Below are positions 9,599 to 21,045 of a DNA stretch of 64,000 nt, piece by piece. Both the position numbers and the translations under genes were made by a program. Position 1 is the first letter of the stretch. Each line of letters opens with the position of its first letter. The stretch is taken from NCBI GenBank assembly GCA_964355105.1, contig CAYHCO010000011.1, positions 16,636 to 80,635 of the forward strand, given 5' to 3'. Source of the DNA: an uncultured Porphyromonadaceae bacterium. Lineage in GTDB: Bacteria > Bacteroidota > Bacteroidia > Bacteroidales > UBA12481. Below the pieces are notes generated by a model. That model was not told the origin of the DNA and made no database searches. It saw only the letters and a list, made by a program, of their open reading frames with translations.

Positions 9599-11020
9599 CT
9601 ATTTTTTTGTTTTATCAGCTATTAATTCGGGGTACTTCCGCTTGATAATCTGTTGTTCGTCGGCACTCAATTGTTTGATATCCATTGGCTTATCCTCAAG
9701 ACGCACTCCTTTCTGATTCAGGCGGTTCATCAGGCTCCAGTTTCGGGTGTTTCCGCCCGGTTTCGGATCGGCAGGCTCCTGGGCCTTAAGGTCGTAGCGG
9801 GTGAAATCAATGAGCTTTTCGGGGGTCCCGTCCTGCCAGTTCCGCAAAAGTGCCAGTCTGAAGTTCTTGTTCATGAACCATCTGATTTCCATCTCAGGTT
9901 CCGATCCGCAAACACCTGAGCCACGCATAACAAAACGGTAGTTGATGCTGTCATTATTTTTGAAATGTTCGCGCCACAGCATGCCAAACTCCCCGTGGGT
10001 GATGCACTTTGCATCAGGCCAGCGTCGGCGCATTTCATTCAGCCAGATTTCCAGACCTTCGAGGCCGTGTTGACTGTTGTGATCTCTTTGTTCCAGATCG
10101 ACCAGTCCCAGTTCCCAGATACAGGTTACCCAGGCAAATTTGTTAAGTGCGAAACCGGTATCGAAATGTGCGGCGGTGGTTGAAAGTATCTCTTTGGTCC
10201 CCAGTTCGGTGCCCTGGCGGAGTATCGTTTCAATCGGACCGACACCCTGGCGGCTGCCGCAGCGGATTCCATTGATGAACCGGGGTACGGGGTATCTGGC
10301 GTTCAGAAAATCCACGGTCCAGCCATCGAGATTGACACAATCGATCATATCGTCCTTACCCTGAGCGGGTTTGCAGAAATGCTCGCGCGATGGGTAATAC
10401 GGATACGATAGCGATCCCTCACCGTCGCCGTTATCAACTGCATACTGACTCCAGATATTACCCTGACAGACATGGATTCCTTCCTCCTCCGCCAGGTACC
10501 GAAGGTTTTCGGCAGAAAGGAAACCGGCTATGACGCTCAGGGGCCGGTAACCTCCGCCAACCATCTCCGAAACCATCTGCAATCCTTCGTGCAGGTCGCG
10601 GTTTACCTGCTCACGGGAGTTGTACATATTGGCAAAATAGCCACCCGGGAGAAAGGTGATCTCATCGCCGTATTTCTCATGATAGGAGACAATCAGTTTC
10701 TTTAAATCCACATAGTTGGGCCTTTGATCCTTGAGGGCAAGCCAGCTGAAAGACCAGGAAATCCGGGCACCCGGCCAGCATTTCGCTATGGTTTCGCGGA
10801 ACTTGCGCGCTCCCTCCACTGAGTGAATGCCCGATTCATCCACACCCTCATTCCTGTCGCGTGAAACTTCAATCTGATTCACCCGAACCACGGTGCTGAA
10901 GGTAAAGAAGCGGTTGCCCATCAATTGGAGCCCCATGGCAGGTGATGCTTTTGCTATCATCAGACAAGCAAAGCCTGTGAGACAAATCATCAACAATACC
11001 CGGCTTTTAGCGTTTTCCAT
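9599..11020 (-). CDS. Hypothetical secreted protein in the CAZyme cluster
   Basis: The track ORF runs to 11122, but its first 34 codons overlap the upstream sulfatase gene. The internal ATG at 11018-11020 gives MENAKSRVLLMICLTGFACLMIAKA (signal/anchor). I recognise no family motif. Confidence 0.55.
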   Translation of the reverse strand: MENAKSRVLLMICLTGFACLMIAKASPAMGLQLMGNRFFTFSTVVRVNQIEVSRDRNEGVDESGIHSVEGARKFRETIAKCWPGARISWSFSWLALKDQRPNYVDLKKLIVSYHEKYGDEITFLPGGYFANMYNSREQVNRDLHEGLQMVSEMVGGGYRPLSVIAGFLSAENLRYLAEEEGIHVCQGNIWSQYAVDNGDGEGSLSYPYYPSREHFCKPAQGKDDMIDCVNLDGWTVDFLNARYPVPRFINGIRCGSRQGVGPIETILRQGTELGTKEILSTTAAHFDTGFALNKFAWVTCIWELGLVDLEQRDHNSQHGLEGLEIWLNEMRRRWPDAKCITHGEFGMLWREHFKNNDSINYRFVMRGSGVCGSEPEMEIRWFMNKNFRLALLRNWQDGTPEKLIDFTRYDLKAQEPADPKPGGNTRNWSLMNRLNQKGVRLEDKPMDIKQLSADEQQIIKRKYPELIADKTKK

Positions 11021-11045
11021 GAGATTTGAATTGATAATCAATCCA

Positions 11046-12464
11046 TTAATAATCAATATATCCGTACTTGTTGACTTTATATCCCCACTTGGTGATGTAA
11101 TAATCGCGGGGCTTGAAATCATCCCCGATCTTCTTCAATTCCCCCTGGAGCGTTGATTCCAGCTTTTTTTGCAGACCTGCATTTTCAGGTTTGTCTGCAA
11201 GATTATTCAGCTGCATCGGGTCATTGACGTTATCGTACAGCAACCACGGGCCTTTGAGCGTTTTTACATAAGTATACCGTCTGGTGTAAATACCCCGGTA
11301 CTCTTCCTTTAAAACTGCTGCCGATGGCGAAACGCTCATGATCAAAGCGGCTTTTTCCTTCATCTTCGAGGGTTTTCGGATAACTTCCGACATATCTTCT
11401 CCTTCAATAGCCGGAGGCACGGCAACATCAGACAGCGAAAGCAGGGTTGGCAGTATGTCCGGAGTATTCAGCGGAGCGGTGACCCGGATTTTTTTGTTTC
11501 CAAACCGGGCCGGATATTGCAGCAGGAAAGGTACCCTGACCGATTCCGCCCACGGAACCTGTTTTTGTGTCGGGCGGATACCCTGGGATCCCATCATTTC
11601 GCCATGGTCGGAGGTAAAAACGAAGATGGTATTGTCCGAAATGCCTGATTCAACAAGAGCACGCTGCAAATCGCCAATACATTTATCCAGTGCCGCAATA
11701 TGTGCGTAGTAGCCTGCCGATTCCTTACGTGCGGCGTCTCTCATTTTTTCAGGAACATTCGGCTCCAGCCGGATGCTGTCCGGCAGAAACAGACGCTGCG
11801 TTTCTTCAGGGGCATTATCATGCGGAAAATGGGGAGCACCCCAGGCCAGAACCAGCAGAAACGGGGTCCCTTTTGATGCATTTTCACGGACGTATTGAAT
11901 TGCATCCGCGGTCTCAGAATAGGGAGCGTACCCTTTCCAATATCTTTTTTCGTCGCTATCCCCGGCATAATAAAGCATATGTTGATAGTCGTGCGAGCAC
12001 TCCAACCCTTTCCAGTAGTCGAATCCCTGCCGCCTTTCGCGCGGAGTGAAATTTAACCTTCCCATTCCATCCAGATGCCATTTACCAATATAGGCAGTCT
12101 GATATCCCGATGCCTTATAAATCTCGGCCATTGTCAGGGCCTCATCCCGGAGGTGCAGGTCGTTCATGAAAATTCCATGGGTCGTTGGGTACAGGCCGGT
12201 TAACAGCGATGCCCGGGTCGGACTGCAAAGCGGACAAACGGATACGGTATTGATGAAATTCACTCCGGTCTCCGCAATCCTGTCGACATTCGGGGTCCGG
12301 CCCTTCAGGTTCTCATCGCCGTTGTAGCCTGTTGACTGAGCCCTCCACTGGTCGGCAAGCACGAAAACAACATTTGGCCTCTGGGCATCCTGACCTTTCA
12401 GTAAGGAGTTGAAAAAGAACAACATCAAATAAATTGACACCTGTATTTTGAAGATTATTCTCAT
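11046..12464 (-). CDS. S1-family sulfatase, Cys-type
   Basis: PNVVFVLADQWR, formylglycine motif CSPTRASLLTG, GKWHLD. Signal peptide present. 4-nt overlap with the upstream gene. Confidence 0.9.
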   Translation of the reverse strand: MRIIFKIQVSIYLMLFFFNSLLKGQDAQRPNVVFVLADQWRAQSTGYNGDENLKGRTPNVDRIAETGVNFINTVSVCPLCSPTRASLLTGLYPTTHGIFMNDLHLRDEALTMAEIYKASGYQTAYIGKWHLDGMGRLNFTPRERRQGFDYWKGLECSHDYQHMLYYAGDSDEKRYWKGYAPYSETADAIQYVRENASKGTPFLLVLAWGAPHFPHDNAPEETQRLFLPDSIRLEPNVPEKMRDAARKESAGYYAHIAALDKCIGDLQRALVESGISDNTIFVFTSDHGEMMGSQGIRPTQKQVPWAESVRVPFLLQYPARFGNKKIRVTAPLNTPDILPTLLSLSDVAVPPAIEGEDMSEVIRKPSKMKEKAALIMSVSPSAAVLKEEYRGIYTRRYTYVKTLKGPWLLYDNVNDPMQLNNLADKPENAGLQKKLESTLQGELKKIGDDFKPRDYYITKWGYKVNKYGYIDY

Positions 12465-15247
12465 TTTTTCTGCTGTTTTAATAAAGTTACCGGACCCAGC
12501 AATCCTGCCGACTGCAGCCTGAAGGGCTCATCGCCACCCGGCCACACTTCCGATTTCATGTACGACTGGTTGGTTTTACAGAACCGGTCTTTCGGATCGG
12601 CTAACATATCCCCCGTCAACCGGTTAACCCAAAGGTTCACGATTTCGATCTTCAGATCATTCTCGCCGGCTTTAGCCAGATTGCTGATATCTGCCCGGTA
12701 AGGTTTTTTCCATAATATGCCTGCAGATTTCCCATTGATGAATATTTCGGCCACGTCGCGCACCTCTCCAAGGTCGAGGAACATTCCATTTTTAACCGCT
12801 TCCGAATCCACCTTGAATGAATTCTGATAGGTGGCGGTACCGGAAAAGTATTTGATTCCCTGATCTTCGGATTCGGTCCAGGAAACCAGCCGCTCGAATA
12901 CCGCAGTAGGAGGAGCTCCCCAGTCAGGAGGAAAATTCACTTTCCAGGGTCCTGCGATCTCAGATTGAACCGGTTTGTTTTCAGTTCCACCAAGAACCGG
13001 AATGTTCTTGCGATTTTCATTTTTAAATACCACGAACACAGATCCGTGAGCCGGCAATTCTATTTCAAGGTTCGTGCCCGTTATGTCGGAAGTAAAATCA
13101 GCCACACTCATTTCAGTGCCGGTTGATGCATCCCACAGTTCAGGGAATTTTCCCGATACCCGGAAGCGGCACATTCCTTTCACAGGTTCTTCACGGTCGT
13201 TCCGTAGAAAATATATTTCACCGATATCAGCCGAACGATGGATGTAATCAATTCCCAAATCACCGGTAAAAGTGAAATCAGGTCCAATATCCTTCTTTCC
13301 CAGAACCTCATCGGCTGACAGGCCGCACATTACCCGGCCATTGCCATAGCTGTTTTCAAAGATGGTTTTTCCGTCTGCGGCTCCCCATAATTTGTCTGCC
13401 AGTTGGTTGAGGGCAATATTTTCCTGTTCCCAATCCTTCAATCCCGGCACGGTTACCGGCCTGGGACCCACCACGGTGGCACCTGCATTTACCAGTTCGC
13501 CGATTTTTCTCAAAACTTCCAGGGGCATGTGAACCTGGTCGGGCAACAGCAGGACAGCATAGCTCATACCGTCGGGTAATACCAGCCTGCCATCTTTTAC
13601 CGACATCCGGTTCAATATGATATCTGAGTTAACGACATCAAAATCATACCCGTTACCTAACCCTTTAAGCCGGGGTTTTTCGGGTACGTCATGGAAAAAC
13701 GGGAAAAAATTCGGGGTCTGGTCGCCGTAAAAATAGCAGGCATCACCCACGAACAACCCTTGCTGTAGCATATAGCTGCAGCGTGCAAGGTATTCCATGA
13801 AAGGTTTGGATTTGGACCACCAGGTAGTACCCGGGTTCATGTCGTAACCGGCATGGTAGGTCCTTCCGGGCAGGCCGTCTTCGGGATTGGTACTGGCGAA
13901 AGTGTGAAAGGTGATGTTGTTCAGCCCTTCGCAAAACGCCCGGTCTACGATTTTTTTCATATCAAAAGGAGAATCTTTCCATCTTCTCCAGGTGGTAAAT
14001 GACTCAGCATCAACGATTTTCTGACCGTATATATGCGAAGCGCTGGCCACCTCCTTGATTAAAAACATATTCCGGTGCTGAATCCAGAATTCGCCCCTGG
14101 GAACGGAAACGGTTCCGAGAGCTTTTAATGCATCAACCGGACAGGTATTCCACACGGGTGCGCCCGGACCGCCGGATTCGGAAACCAGCTTGGCGTTGTA
14201 TTTCTTAAGGAATTCAGTGCCGGTCTGATAATGACTGAAGATGAGCTGATCGCTGATGGTGCGGTTGAAATCGTACTGGAAACGCCCGGTAACATCCTTG
14301 ATGTCCCAGCCGGCCAGAACAGGCAGGTATTTTTCTATTTCATATCCCATCCTTTGTTGGAAAATCGACGGAAAGGAATCGGTCCAGGGAGTACCCTCGG
14401 CCAGTTCCATGCTGTCGAATTCAAAATAGGCCAATCCGGCTTCGGCAGAATTTTCGGGTGTTACACCCAGCCGGTCCATGAAATGCTGTAAATGCCGGAT
14501 AGTTGCCTTCGGATCAAAAAAATCGATAAAAAGTCCGTTCGAATTGGGTGACGGAACAATCAGCTGCTGGCCATTATTGGAACACACAAACCTGAGTATA
14601 ACCCATTTCCCTTCAGGTACATCCCACGATAATTTGCCGTCCCTGAATAACGGGGTCAGGCTTATCACGCTGGATAGGTTATCTATTTTCATCCCGGCAT
14701 TAAAAGGCACCGCGAGCACCGCAACATCTTTGTAAAAAACGGGTGTATTCTGGTCCTTCATCGGACAGCCTTCCGGGAATTTTGGAAACGGAAGATCCAT
14801 GGACAGCGCCTTTGGGCCATTAACCTCAACTTTAGAGAAAAACAGGTTTTTTGAGGCCCAATCGGGAGTAACCCACGATCCACCGGCATTCCATCCGCTC
14901 GAGGCGACGATGCCGATACTCATTTTCAATCTTTTCCCTTCGGATATAGCATGTTTGATCAGGCGCACCGATTCATCTCCCAGAAATGCGCCACCGGCAG
15001 GAATAAATTTTGGGTTTTTGACGGCTGCCACATCCCAGATTTCCGCCCTGTTCATCCCCTTGGATTTCATGGCTTCCAGGTCCCGTGTAATCGATGTGTT
15101 GGTCATATTTCCATTCAGCCAGCACCAGAAAGCACCTGGCCTGGTGGACGAGGGTGGATTCGCAAAATCATGTGACAAATCATCAACGCTGTCGGTGAAG
15201 CAGGCTGTCATCAGGAGGCTCAGTGCAATTAATATTTTCAGGCGCAT
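12461..15247 (-). CDS. Large secreted glycoside hydrolase-like protein (GH106-like / GH2 sugar-binding jelly-roll type)
   Basis: 928 aa. N-terminus FANPPSSTRPGAFWCWLNGNMT...DLEAMKSKGMNRAEIWD. C-terminus GPWKVNF...YFSGTATYQNSFKV...LDLGEVRDVAEIFINGKSAG resembles proteins annotated as GH2 sugar-binding or GH106. Family assignment is from memory only. Confidence 0.55.
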   Translation of the reverse strand: MRLKILIALSLLMTACFTDSVDDLSHDFANPPSSTRPGAFWCWLNGNMTNTSITRDLEAMKSKGMNRAEIWDVAAVKNPKFIPAGGAFLGDESVRLIKHAISEGKRLKMSIGIVASSGWNAGGSWVTPDWASKNLFFSKVEVNGPKALSMDLPFPKFPEGCPMKDQNTPVFYKDVAVLAVPFNAGMKIDNLSSVISLTPLFRDGKLSWDVPEGKWVILRFVCSNNGQQLIVPSPNSNGLFIDFFDPKATIRHLQHFMDRLGVTPENSAEAGLAYFEFDSMELAEGTPWTDSFPSIFQQRMGYEIEKYLPVLAGWDIKDVTGRFQYDFNRTISDQLIFSHYQTGTEFLKKYNAKLVSESGGPGAPVWNTCPVDALKALGTVSVPRGEFWIQHRNMFLIKEVASASHIYGQKIVDAESFTTWRRWKDSPFDMKKIVDRAFCEGLNNITFHTFASTNPEDGLPGRTYHAGYDMNPGTTWWSKSKPFMEYLARCSYMLQQGLFVGDACYFYGDQTPNFFPFFHDVPEKPRLKGLGNGYDFDVVNSDIILNRMSVKDGRLVLPDGMSYAVLLLPDQVHMPLEVLRKIGELVNAGATVVGPRPVTVPGLKDWEQENIALNQLADKLWGAADGKTIFENSYGNGRVMCGLSADEVLGKKDIGPDFTFTGDLGIDYIHRSADIGEIYFLRNDREEPVKGMCRFRVSGKFPELWDASTGTEMSVADFTSDITGTNLEIELPAHGSVFVVFKNENRKNIPVLGGTENKPVQSEIAGPWKVNFPPDWGAPPTAVFERLVSWTESEDQGIKYFSGTATYQNSFKVDSEAVKNGMFLDLGEVRDVAEIFINGKSAGILWKKPYRADISNLAKAGENDLKIEIVNLWVNRLTGDMLADPKDRFCKTNQSYMKSEVWPGGDEPFRLQSAGLLGPVTLLKQQKK

Positions 15248-15284
15248 TTTGTTTTCTTTTTAGTTGTTGGATTTATGATTGGAG

Positions 15285-18200
15285 TCAGCGGTTAATCTGA
15301 TAGGACTTTCCGGGTTCGGTTATAAATGAGACGATATCTTTTCCTTCTTTTTTTATTTTGACAGGCTTCCCGTCGCAGGTCACCGTGATAGCGGCAGATT
15401 CCCTGATTTTACAGGGATTTCCTTTTTTCGACAGGAGGTTTATGGAGGTCCACCTGCCGTTTTTCCATTCCATGCCGATCTCAAAAGCACCCCGGGCAAC
15501 GAGTCCGTTCACTTCGCCAGCCGGCCAGGCATCGGGAAGAGCAGGAAGGAAGGCCAGATAGCCATTGTGCGATTGCAAAAGCATTTCAGCTATCCCTGCC
15601 GTTCCCCCGAAATTGCCGTCGACCTGGAAAGGTGGATGGGCATCCATCATATTGATGTAAGTACCACCGGGACCAGCCCCGTAAGTGGGAGAATCAACCA
15701 GTTTCAGCTGCCTTTTCAGGAGTTTGTAAGCCCGGTTGCCGTCGAGCAGCCTGGCCCAGAGATTCACCCTCCAGCCCATGGCCCAGCCGGTGGATTCATC
15801 GCCTTTGTGCTCCAGCACCACTTTGGCGGCATCGGCAAGCTTGGGTGTGCGGAGGGGATCGATGGAGATTCCGGGGTACAGGCCCCATAACTGCGAAGTA
15901 TGACGGTGGTGATCATCAGGATTATCCAGATCTTCCAGCCATTCCTGTAATTGTCCGTATTTTCCGATCTGATACGGTGGCAGCTGCTGTCTTTTTGCTG
16001 CAACCGATTCCCTCAGGACCTTGTCGGTTCCCAGCAGTTTCGACGCCTCGATGAAATGTTCAAACAACTCCCCAACGAGGGCATTGTCCATGGTTGATCC
16101 GGCACAGATACCGATCGGCCGGTTTCTGGAGCCGTCGGGATTGCGTGTCCAGGCTGCGTCGCCACCCGGACCGTTCTCGGGCGAACCCGAGGGATTGGTT
16201 ACCAGCCATCCGTATTTCGGGTGTTTGACCAGCGTCTTGTCGAAAAACAGGGCCGCATCGCGGATCAGGTAATAATGTTTTTTCAGATATTCCGTATCCT
16301 GCGTGTACAGAAAATGATCCCACACATCATCGCAGAACCAGGCAGCCGCTGTATGCCAGCTCCCCCAGTAAGCCCCGTAAATGGGTGCGCTGTTCAGCCA
16401 GATATCGGCATTGCAATTGAACAGCCAGCCCTCGGCCCCGAAATTCAGTTTTGCTGTTTCCGTTCCGGTTTCATGCATATCACGGATCGTGGACAGCTGG
16501 GGCTCGCGGCATTCCGACAGGTTGGTGAGGTCGGAAGGCCAATAATTCATTTCAAAATTGATATTGGTGGTATAGCCCCCGTTCCAGGCCGGATTCATAT
16601 TGGCATTCCATATTCCCTGAAGGTTTGCGGGCTGTCCGCCTACCCTTGAACAGCTGATCATCAGGTAACGGCCGTACTGAAAGAACAGCGCGGCAAAATT
16701 CGGATCTTTCCCCTCGGCAAAGGCTGCAAATCTTTTCTCCGCCGGCAGGTTGGAATTGTCCGTATCCGAAAGGCTCAGGCTGACCCGGCTGAACAGATTG
16801 TTAAAATCCTTCACATGATCTTTCAGGATCCTGTCGTAGGGGCGGGATTTCACCTTCAGCATTACGTCAGCATTACGTTTTACCGGATCGGCTGAAATGT
16901 CGTTATATCTCTTAAAACCGGTTGCAGCTGTGAAGATCAGAGTCACGGAGTTGGCATTTGCAACTTTTATCTGGGGCTGATTATCGGTAAAAACGGTTGA
17001 AACGGTTCCGCCGTCCGGAATTACCTGCATTCTTCCCTGATAGCTCAGTCGCTGATCGGAGCATACATATGGGGGGACTAATCCATCGAGGACCAGACTG
17101 TTGTCGCCGGGTCCCTTAGCGCTCCATTTGTCATCACCGGTTCCGGCAGGATTGCTACGGCCTTCCAGTTCAAAATAGCTGCTTATCTGGCCGGCACGTG
17201 AGGCTTCGAGGCGGACAACCATGACCTGGTCGACCGCTGAACAGAAAGCTGTGCGGGTAAACCTGACATCACCAACCGTGTAGCTGACTTTCACCACGGC
17301 CGAGTCCATCGACAGCACACGCTCATAACCGGTGGCAAAGGCATGTCCGGGTGTTAAAATCCGGATGTTGCCCAATGGAAGGTAACGTGCCGATTCCCCA
17401 CTCCTGCCCATCCAGGTTTTTTCGAACAGTTCCTCCGCCTGCTTGCCCTCACCGGCAAACACCAGTTTACGAATCGAATCGAGATAGGGCAGACCGCCCG
17501 GCCCGTTGGAGTTGTAGGGCCCGCCTGCCCAGAGGCTGCTCTCGTTAAGCTGGATCAGCTCCTCGTGGGTGCGGCCATATACCATGGCACCCAGCCGGCC
17601 GTTGCCAATCGGCAGGGCGTCGGTCCAGAGGCTTGCCGGGTGGTTATACAGCAGGCGGGCGGTGGATGGATTCAGTTTATTTACGTATACATAATAGGCT
17701 CCCAATGACACATCTGTACCATTGGTAAACCGGGTGTTCAGCTGAGTTTTTCCTTTGGGGAGTTTCATCCGGAACAGGATGGATTTATCGCCCGGACCAA
17801 CTTCCCGTGATGCTTCCTGATTGGCTATTTTAATGGATGCCTCGGTTATTTTCAGTGCTTTGCCGGTGCCAAACGGTTTTCCGCCGGGAATGGGTATTGT
17901 TGAGGCTGGCAAGCCTTTACAAATCTCCTGGTCGGCCTCCCGTGGCCACCTGCGCAGCTCGATGCTGTATTCCCCGGGGCTGGAGACATTGATATCCCAG
18001 CTCCCGTTGAGCATAGCACCTCCCCGCACCTGCGAATGAGCAAAAACGGGGGTTTCTTCCTTATCCTCGTTGATCGCGGGCGAACCGTCGGCCCGCACCG
18101 CCCCCATCCAGTCGTGTGAGGTCAGGATTGTTTCTCCCGAGAGTTCACTGCCAATATCCGAATAGGAGCGGGCTTCCCAATGGCTGAACACATCAGCAAA

Positions 18201-19511
18201 CCAGCTCTCGTAGGAATTGCGCATTTTAACGACTGTTTCGGGATGCTCTGAAGCAATATCAGTCTTCTGTCCGGGATCCGTTTCGAGGTTGTACAGTTCC
18301 TTTCCGTTCACCAATCTCCAGTTTCCCGACATCACCGAGCTGAGCCGCCATTTTTCGGGAACCTCCTTCCGCTGGGAATCCACCGTGAGCGTACGGCCAT
18401 CCAGGTATCCCTGATTGCCGTGAAAGGCCCTGACCAGACTAACGCCATCTGAATGATAACCGGACGGGGTTTTCAGTTTGCACAACTCAGTCAGAGTGGG
18501 GAGTATATCGATATGAGCGGTAAGTTTCTTTAGATCAGTTCCTTTAGTAAAGTTCCCATTTGACCAGTGAATAAAGCAGGGTACCCGGTGTCCGCCTTCG
18601 TATGGGCTTCCCTTGGTTCCGCGCATGCCGGCATTGAATCCGATATCCGTCGGGTAGCTGTCCCTCCAGTGCCCGTCGAGCTTCACGCCGGCAGCGGTGC
18701 CGTTGTCGGTCATGAAGATCAGGATGGTATTATCGGCTATTCCCATCTCCTCTAACTGCTTCCTCAGTTTGCCCAGGTTCTCGTCGAAATTGGAAATCAT
18801 CCCGTAGAAATTGGCATTGGGGATCTTGGGGTTGTTCTTATAGGGATCGGAATATTTATCATCCACATAATAAGGACCGTGCGGGGCATTGGTCGCGAGG
18901 TAACAAAAGAAGGGCTTATCCTTGCTGGCGCTGATAAATTTCGATGCTTCCGAGAACCATACATCCGTACAATAACCGGTGAAGGGTTGTTCATCGCCAT
19001 TCACGAAATAGTGATCATCGAAATAATCATTATTCCAATAATCCGGGGTATTCCCGACTCCGCCTCCGCCATGGTAAACGGCCGTTTTAAACCCTTTATC
19101 CATCGGCCTTGCCGGATAAGAAAATCCGAGGTGCCATTTGCCAAACATGCCGGTTTCATAGCCATTATCGGAAAAGATCCGGGCCATGGTGGTTTCATCT
19201 TCACGGATGCGGCTCCTGCCGGTGACCGTGTGCCATACCCCCGTGCGGTCGTTGTACCTGCCGGTGAGCAGGGCTGCCCGGGTGGGTGAACAGGTCGGAG
19301 ACACATGGTAATTGGTCAGCCTCATGCTTTCCCCGTACAGCCGGTCGAGATTCGGGGTGGAAATGTACCGATTTCCGTGTGCGGCTATATCGCCATAGCC
19401 CTGATCGTCGGTCATAATCAGGATAACATTGGGTTGCCTGGGTGCCTGTGCGGCAGCGCCGGTCGACAGGAGTGGCGACAATAACGGACAAAGCATCCAA
19501 AGTTTATTCAT
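15285..19511 (-). CDS. Fusion protein: N-terminal S1 sulfatase (Cys-type) + beta-sandwich linker + C-terminal GH95 alpha-L-fucosidase
   Basis: The likely start [23 protein letters not shown] sits at ATG 19509-19511, an 8-nt ATGAATAA overlap with the upstream stop. Sulfatase motifs: [35 protein letters not shown]95 motifs: [19 protein letters not shown]...[11 protein letters not shown] and [29 protein letters not shown]. It is one uninterrupted frame of 1408 aa. Confidence 0.85.
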   Translation of the reverse strand: MNKLWMLCPLLSPLLSTGAAAQAPRQPNVILIMTDDQGYGDIAAHGNRYISTPNLDRLYGESMRLTNYHVSPTCSPTRAALLTGRYNDRTGVWHTVTGRSRIREDETTMARIFSDNGYETGMFGKWHLGFSYPARPMDKGFKTAVYHGGGGVGNTPDYWNNDYFDDHYFVNGDEQPFTGYCTDVWFSEASKFISASKDKPFFCYLATNAPHGPYYVDDKYSDPYKNNPKIPNANFYGMISNFDENLGKLRKQLEEMGIADNTILIFMTDNGTAAGVKLDGHWRDSYPTDIGFNAGMRGTKGSPYEGGHRVPCFIHWSNGNFTKGTDLKKLTAHIDILPTLTELCKLKTPSGYHSDGVSLVRAFHGNQGYLDGRTLTVDSQRKEVPEKWRLSSVMSGNWRLVNGKELYNLETDPGQKTDIASEHPETVVKMRNSYESWFADVFSHWEARSYSDIGSELSGETILTSHDWMGAVRADGSPAINEDKEETPVFAHSQVRGGAMLNGSWDINVSSPGEYSIELRRWPREADQEICKGLPASTIPIPGGKPFGTGKALKITEASIKIANQEASREVGPGDKSILFRMKLPKGKTQLNTRFTNGTDVSLGAYYVYVNKLNPSTARLLYNHPASLWTDALPIGNGRLGAMVYGRTHEELIQLNESSLWAGGPYNSNGPGGLPYLDSIRKLVFAGEGKQAEELFEKTWMGRSGESARYLPLGNIRILTPGHAFATGYERVLSMDSAVVKVSYTVGDVRFTRTAFCSAVDQVMVVRLEASRAGQISSYFELEGRSNPAGTGDDKWSAKGPGDNSLVLDGLVPPYVCSDQRLSYQGRMQVIPDGGTVSTVFTDNQPQIKVANANSVTLIFTAATGFKRYNDISADPVKRNADVMLKVKSRPYDRILKDHVKDFNNLFSRVSLSLSDTDNSNLPAEKRFAAFAEGKDPNFAALFFQYGRYLMISCSRVGGQPANLQGIWNANMNPAWNGGYTTNINFEMNYWPSDLTNLSECREPQLSTIRDMHETGTETAKLNFGAEGWLFNCNADIWLNSAPIYGAYWGSWHTAAAWFCDDVWDHFLYTQDTEYLKKHYYLIRDAALFFDKTLVKHPKYGWLVTNPSGSPENGPGGDAAWTRNPDGSRNRPIGICAGSTMDNALVGELFEHFIEASKLLGTDKVLRESVAAKRQQLPPYQIGKYGQLQEWLEDLDNPDDHHRHTSQLWGLYPGISIDPLRTPKLADAAKVVLEHKGDESTGWAMGWRVNLWARLLDGNRAYKLLKRQLKLVDSPTYGAGPGGTYINMMDAHPPFQVDGNFGGTAGIAEMLLQSHNGYLAFLPALPDAWPAGEVNGLVARGAFEIGMEWKNGRWTSINLLSKKGNPCKIRESAAITVTCDGKPVKIKKEGKDIVSFITEPGKSYQINR

Positions 19512-21045
19512 TGATTCGGGAATTTTGGATTTTACTGGTTGCTGGCGATGATTTACAGGTTTCCAAAAGGGCTGCCAGCTCCTCAACGATCTCCGGATGC
19601 TTGTCCCACAGGTCCACAGTCTCTGATGGATCCGCGGCAACATTGTACAGCTGGCCGGTCCGCACTGCGGGTTCTCTGGTTGATGACTGTGGCCCCGAGC
19701 CGGATCCTTTGGTGCCGTCGATAAGCTTCCAGGGGCCTTTCTGAACGGCAAAGATCCCGCTGCCGGAATGGAAAATCCTGACCCGTGAATCTGAATTTTC
19801 CTGCGGCTGGCCAAAAAATGCCGGAAGTACGTCATAACTGTCTTCGCCGCTGCCCTCGGGCACTTTTGCGGAAACGAGGCCGGAAATTGTGGTGAACATA
19901 TCGGAAAGGCTGATCACTTCACTGCTCTGGCTGCCCGACTTAATCTTACCCAGCCAGCGTGCGATGAAGGGTATCCTGTGACCGCCGTCCCAGATATTGG
20001 CTTTATATCCGCGAAAATCGCCGTTTGATTTGTGACCGTTGGCCCCTTTCATCGCTCCGTTGTCGCTGGTTACAATGACCAGGGTATTCTGTGCCAGTCC
20101 GGATTGCTCCAGCATCTCCATGATTTTTCCAACGCTCCAGTCGACCACCGTGACGAGGTCACCCCGGGGCCCTTCGGTGCTTTTCCCCTTTGCAAAATCC
20201 GGGGGAAGGAAAGGGTTATGGGGCGAGGAGAGCGACAGGTAAAGGAAGAAAGGCTTAGCGGATGATTGGGCTTTAAGAAAACCGATGGCTTTATCCGTGA
20301 AAACGGGATCAACTCCTTCCAGAGAAAAGCCAGGAACCATCAGACCGGGGGCGAAACCCGGAAGTTTACTGAAGGAATCGGGGCTCATGACCGAGGGGAT
20401 GCCCACGGTCCGGTTTTGCTCGATAAAACAGTATGGCGGATCGCTGGTTGAGCATCCGAGGGTGCCGTAGAAATAATCGAATCCAAGTTCAGTAGGCCCA
20501 CCCGTAACGGGTTTTCTAAAATCGATATGCCTCTCATTCTCCTGATAAACAGCCGCACCGTTTTTCCATTCATTGCGGTCATCCTGAATAACATAACCGT
20601 CTTTGGTCTGCCAGTTCATCCCCAGGTGCCATTTGCCGATATAACCGGTACGGTAACCCTTGCTTTTCAGAACCGATGCCAGGGTTGGCCGGCCGGGTTC
20701 AATCAGCGGGGCCTCATCGTATCCCAGGATCACGCCCTCCTTGAGTCTCGTTCTCCAGCAATACCTGCCGGTTAAAATGCCGTAACGGGTTGGGGTGCTC
20801 AGGGCAGCCGGACTGTGTGCGTTAACAAACCGGATTCCCTGTGAGGCCAGTTTATCCATGTTTGGCGTGGGGATCTTGGATACCGGATTGTAGCATCCCA
20901 CATCGCCGTAACCCATGTCATCCGCCAGAATAAAGATAATATTCGGCGGGGTGGGACCCTTTTTTGCAAGCTCCCCCGACGAAGGAAGCAAGGCGCAGGA
21001 TGCCAGGGTTAAAACAGCCGGATTGAGCAGTAATCGGGTATTCAT
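19504..21045 (-). CDS. S1-family sulfatase, Ser-type active-site motif
   Basis: [20 protein letters not shown]. The FGly motif reads [13 protein letters not shown], with Ser where the two neighbouring sulfatases have Cys. GKWHLG present. Signal peptide present. Confidence 0.9.
   Translation of the reverse strand: MNTRLLLNPAVLTLASCALLPSSGELAKKGPTPPNIIFILADDMGYGDVGCYNPVSKIPTPNMDKLASQGIRFVNAHSPAALSTPTRYGILTGRYCWRTRLKEGVILGYDEAPLIEPGRPTLASVLKSKGYRTGYIGKWHLGMNWQTKDGYVIQDDRNEWKNGAAVYQENERHIDFRKPVTGGPTELGFDYFYGTLGCSTSDPPYCFIEQNRTVGIPSVMSPDSFSKLPGFAPGLMVPGFSLEGVDPVFTDKAIGFLKAQSSAKPFFLYLSLSSPHNPFLPPDFAKGKSTEGPRGDLVTVVDWSVGKIMEMLEQSGLAQNTLVIVTSDNGAMKGANGHKSNGDFRGYKANIWDGGHRIPFIARWLGKIKSGSQSSEVISLSDMFTTISGLVSAKVPEGSGEDSYDVLPAFFGQPQENSDSRVRIFHSGSGIFAVQKGPWKLIDGTKGSGSGPQSSTREPAVRTGQLYNVAADPSETVDLWDKHPEIVEELAALLETCKSSPATSKIQNSRINE

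Noticed and set aside
11021-11122. 34-codon N-terminal extension of ORF 9599..11122
   Set aside because: It overlaps the 3' end of the sulfatase gene 11046..12464. The MENAKS start yields a hydrophobic signal/anchor and a 25-nt intergenic gap.
19512-19835. 108-codon N-terminal extension of the track ORF 15285..19835
   Set aside because: It lies entirely inside the 3' end of the upstream sulfatase gene (19504..21045) in another frame and has no signal peptide. The internal ATG at 19509-19511 gives a proper signal peptide and a classic ATGAATAA stop/start overlap.
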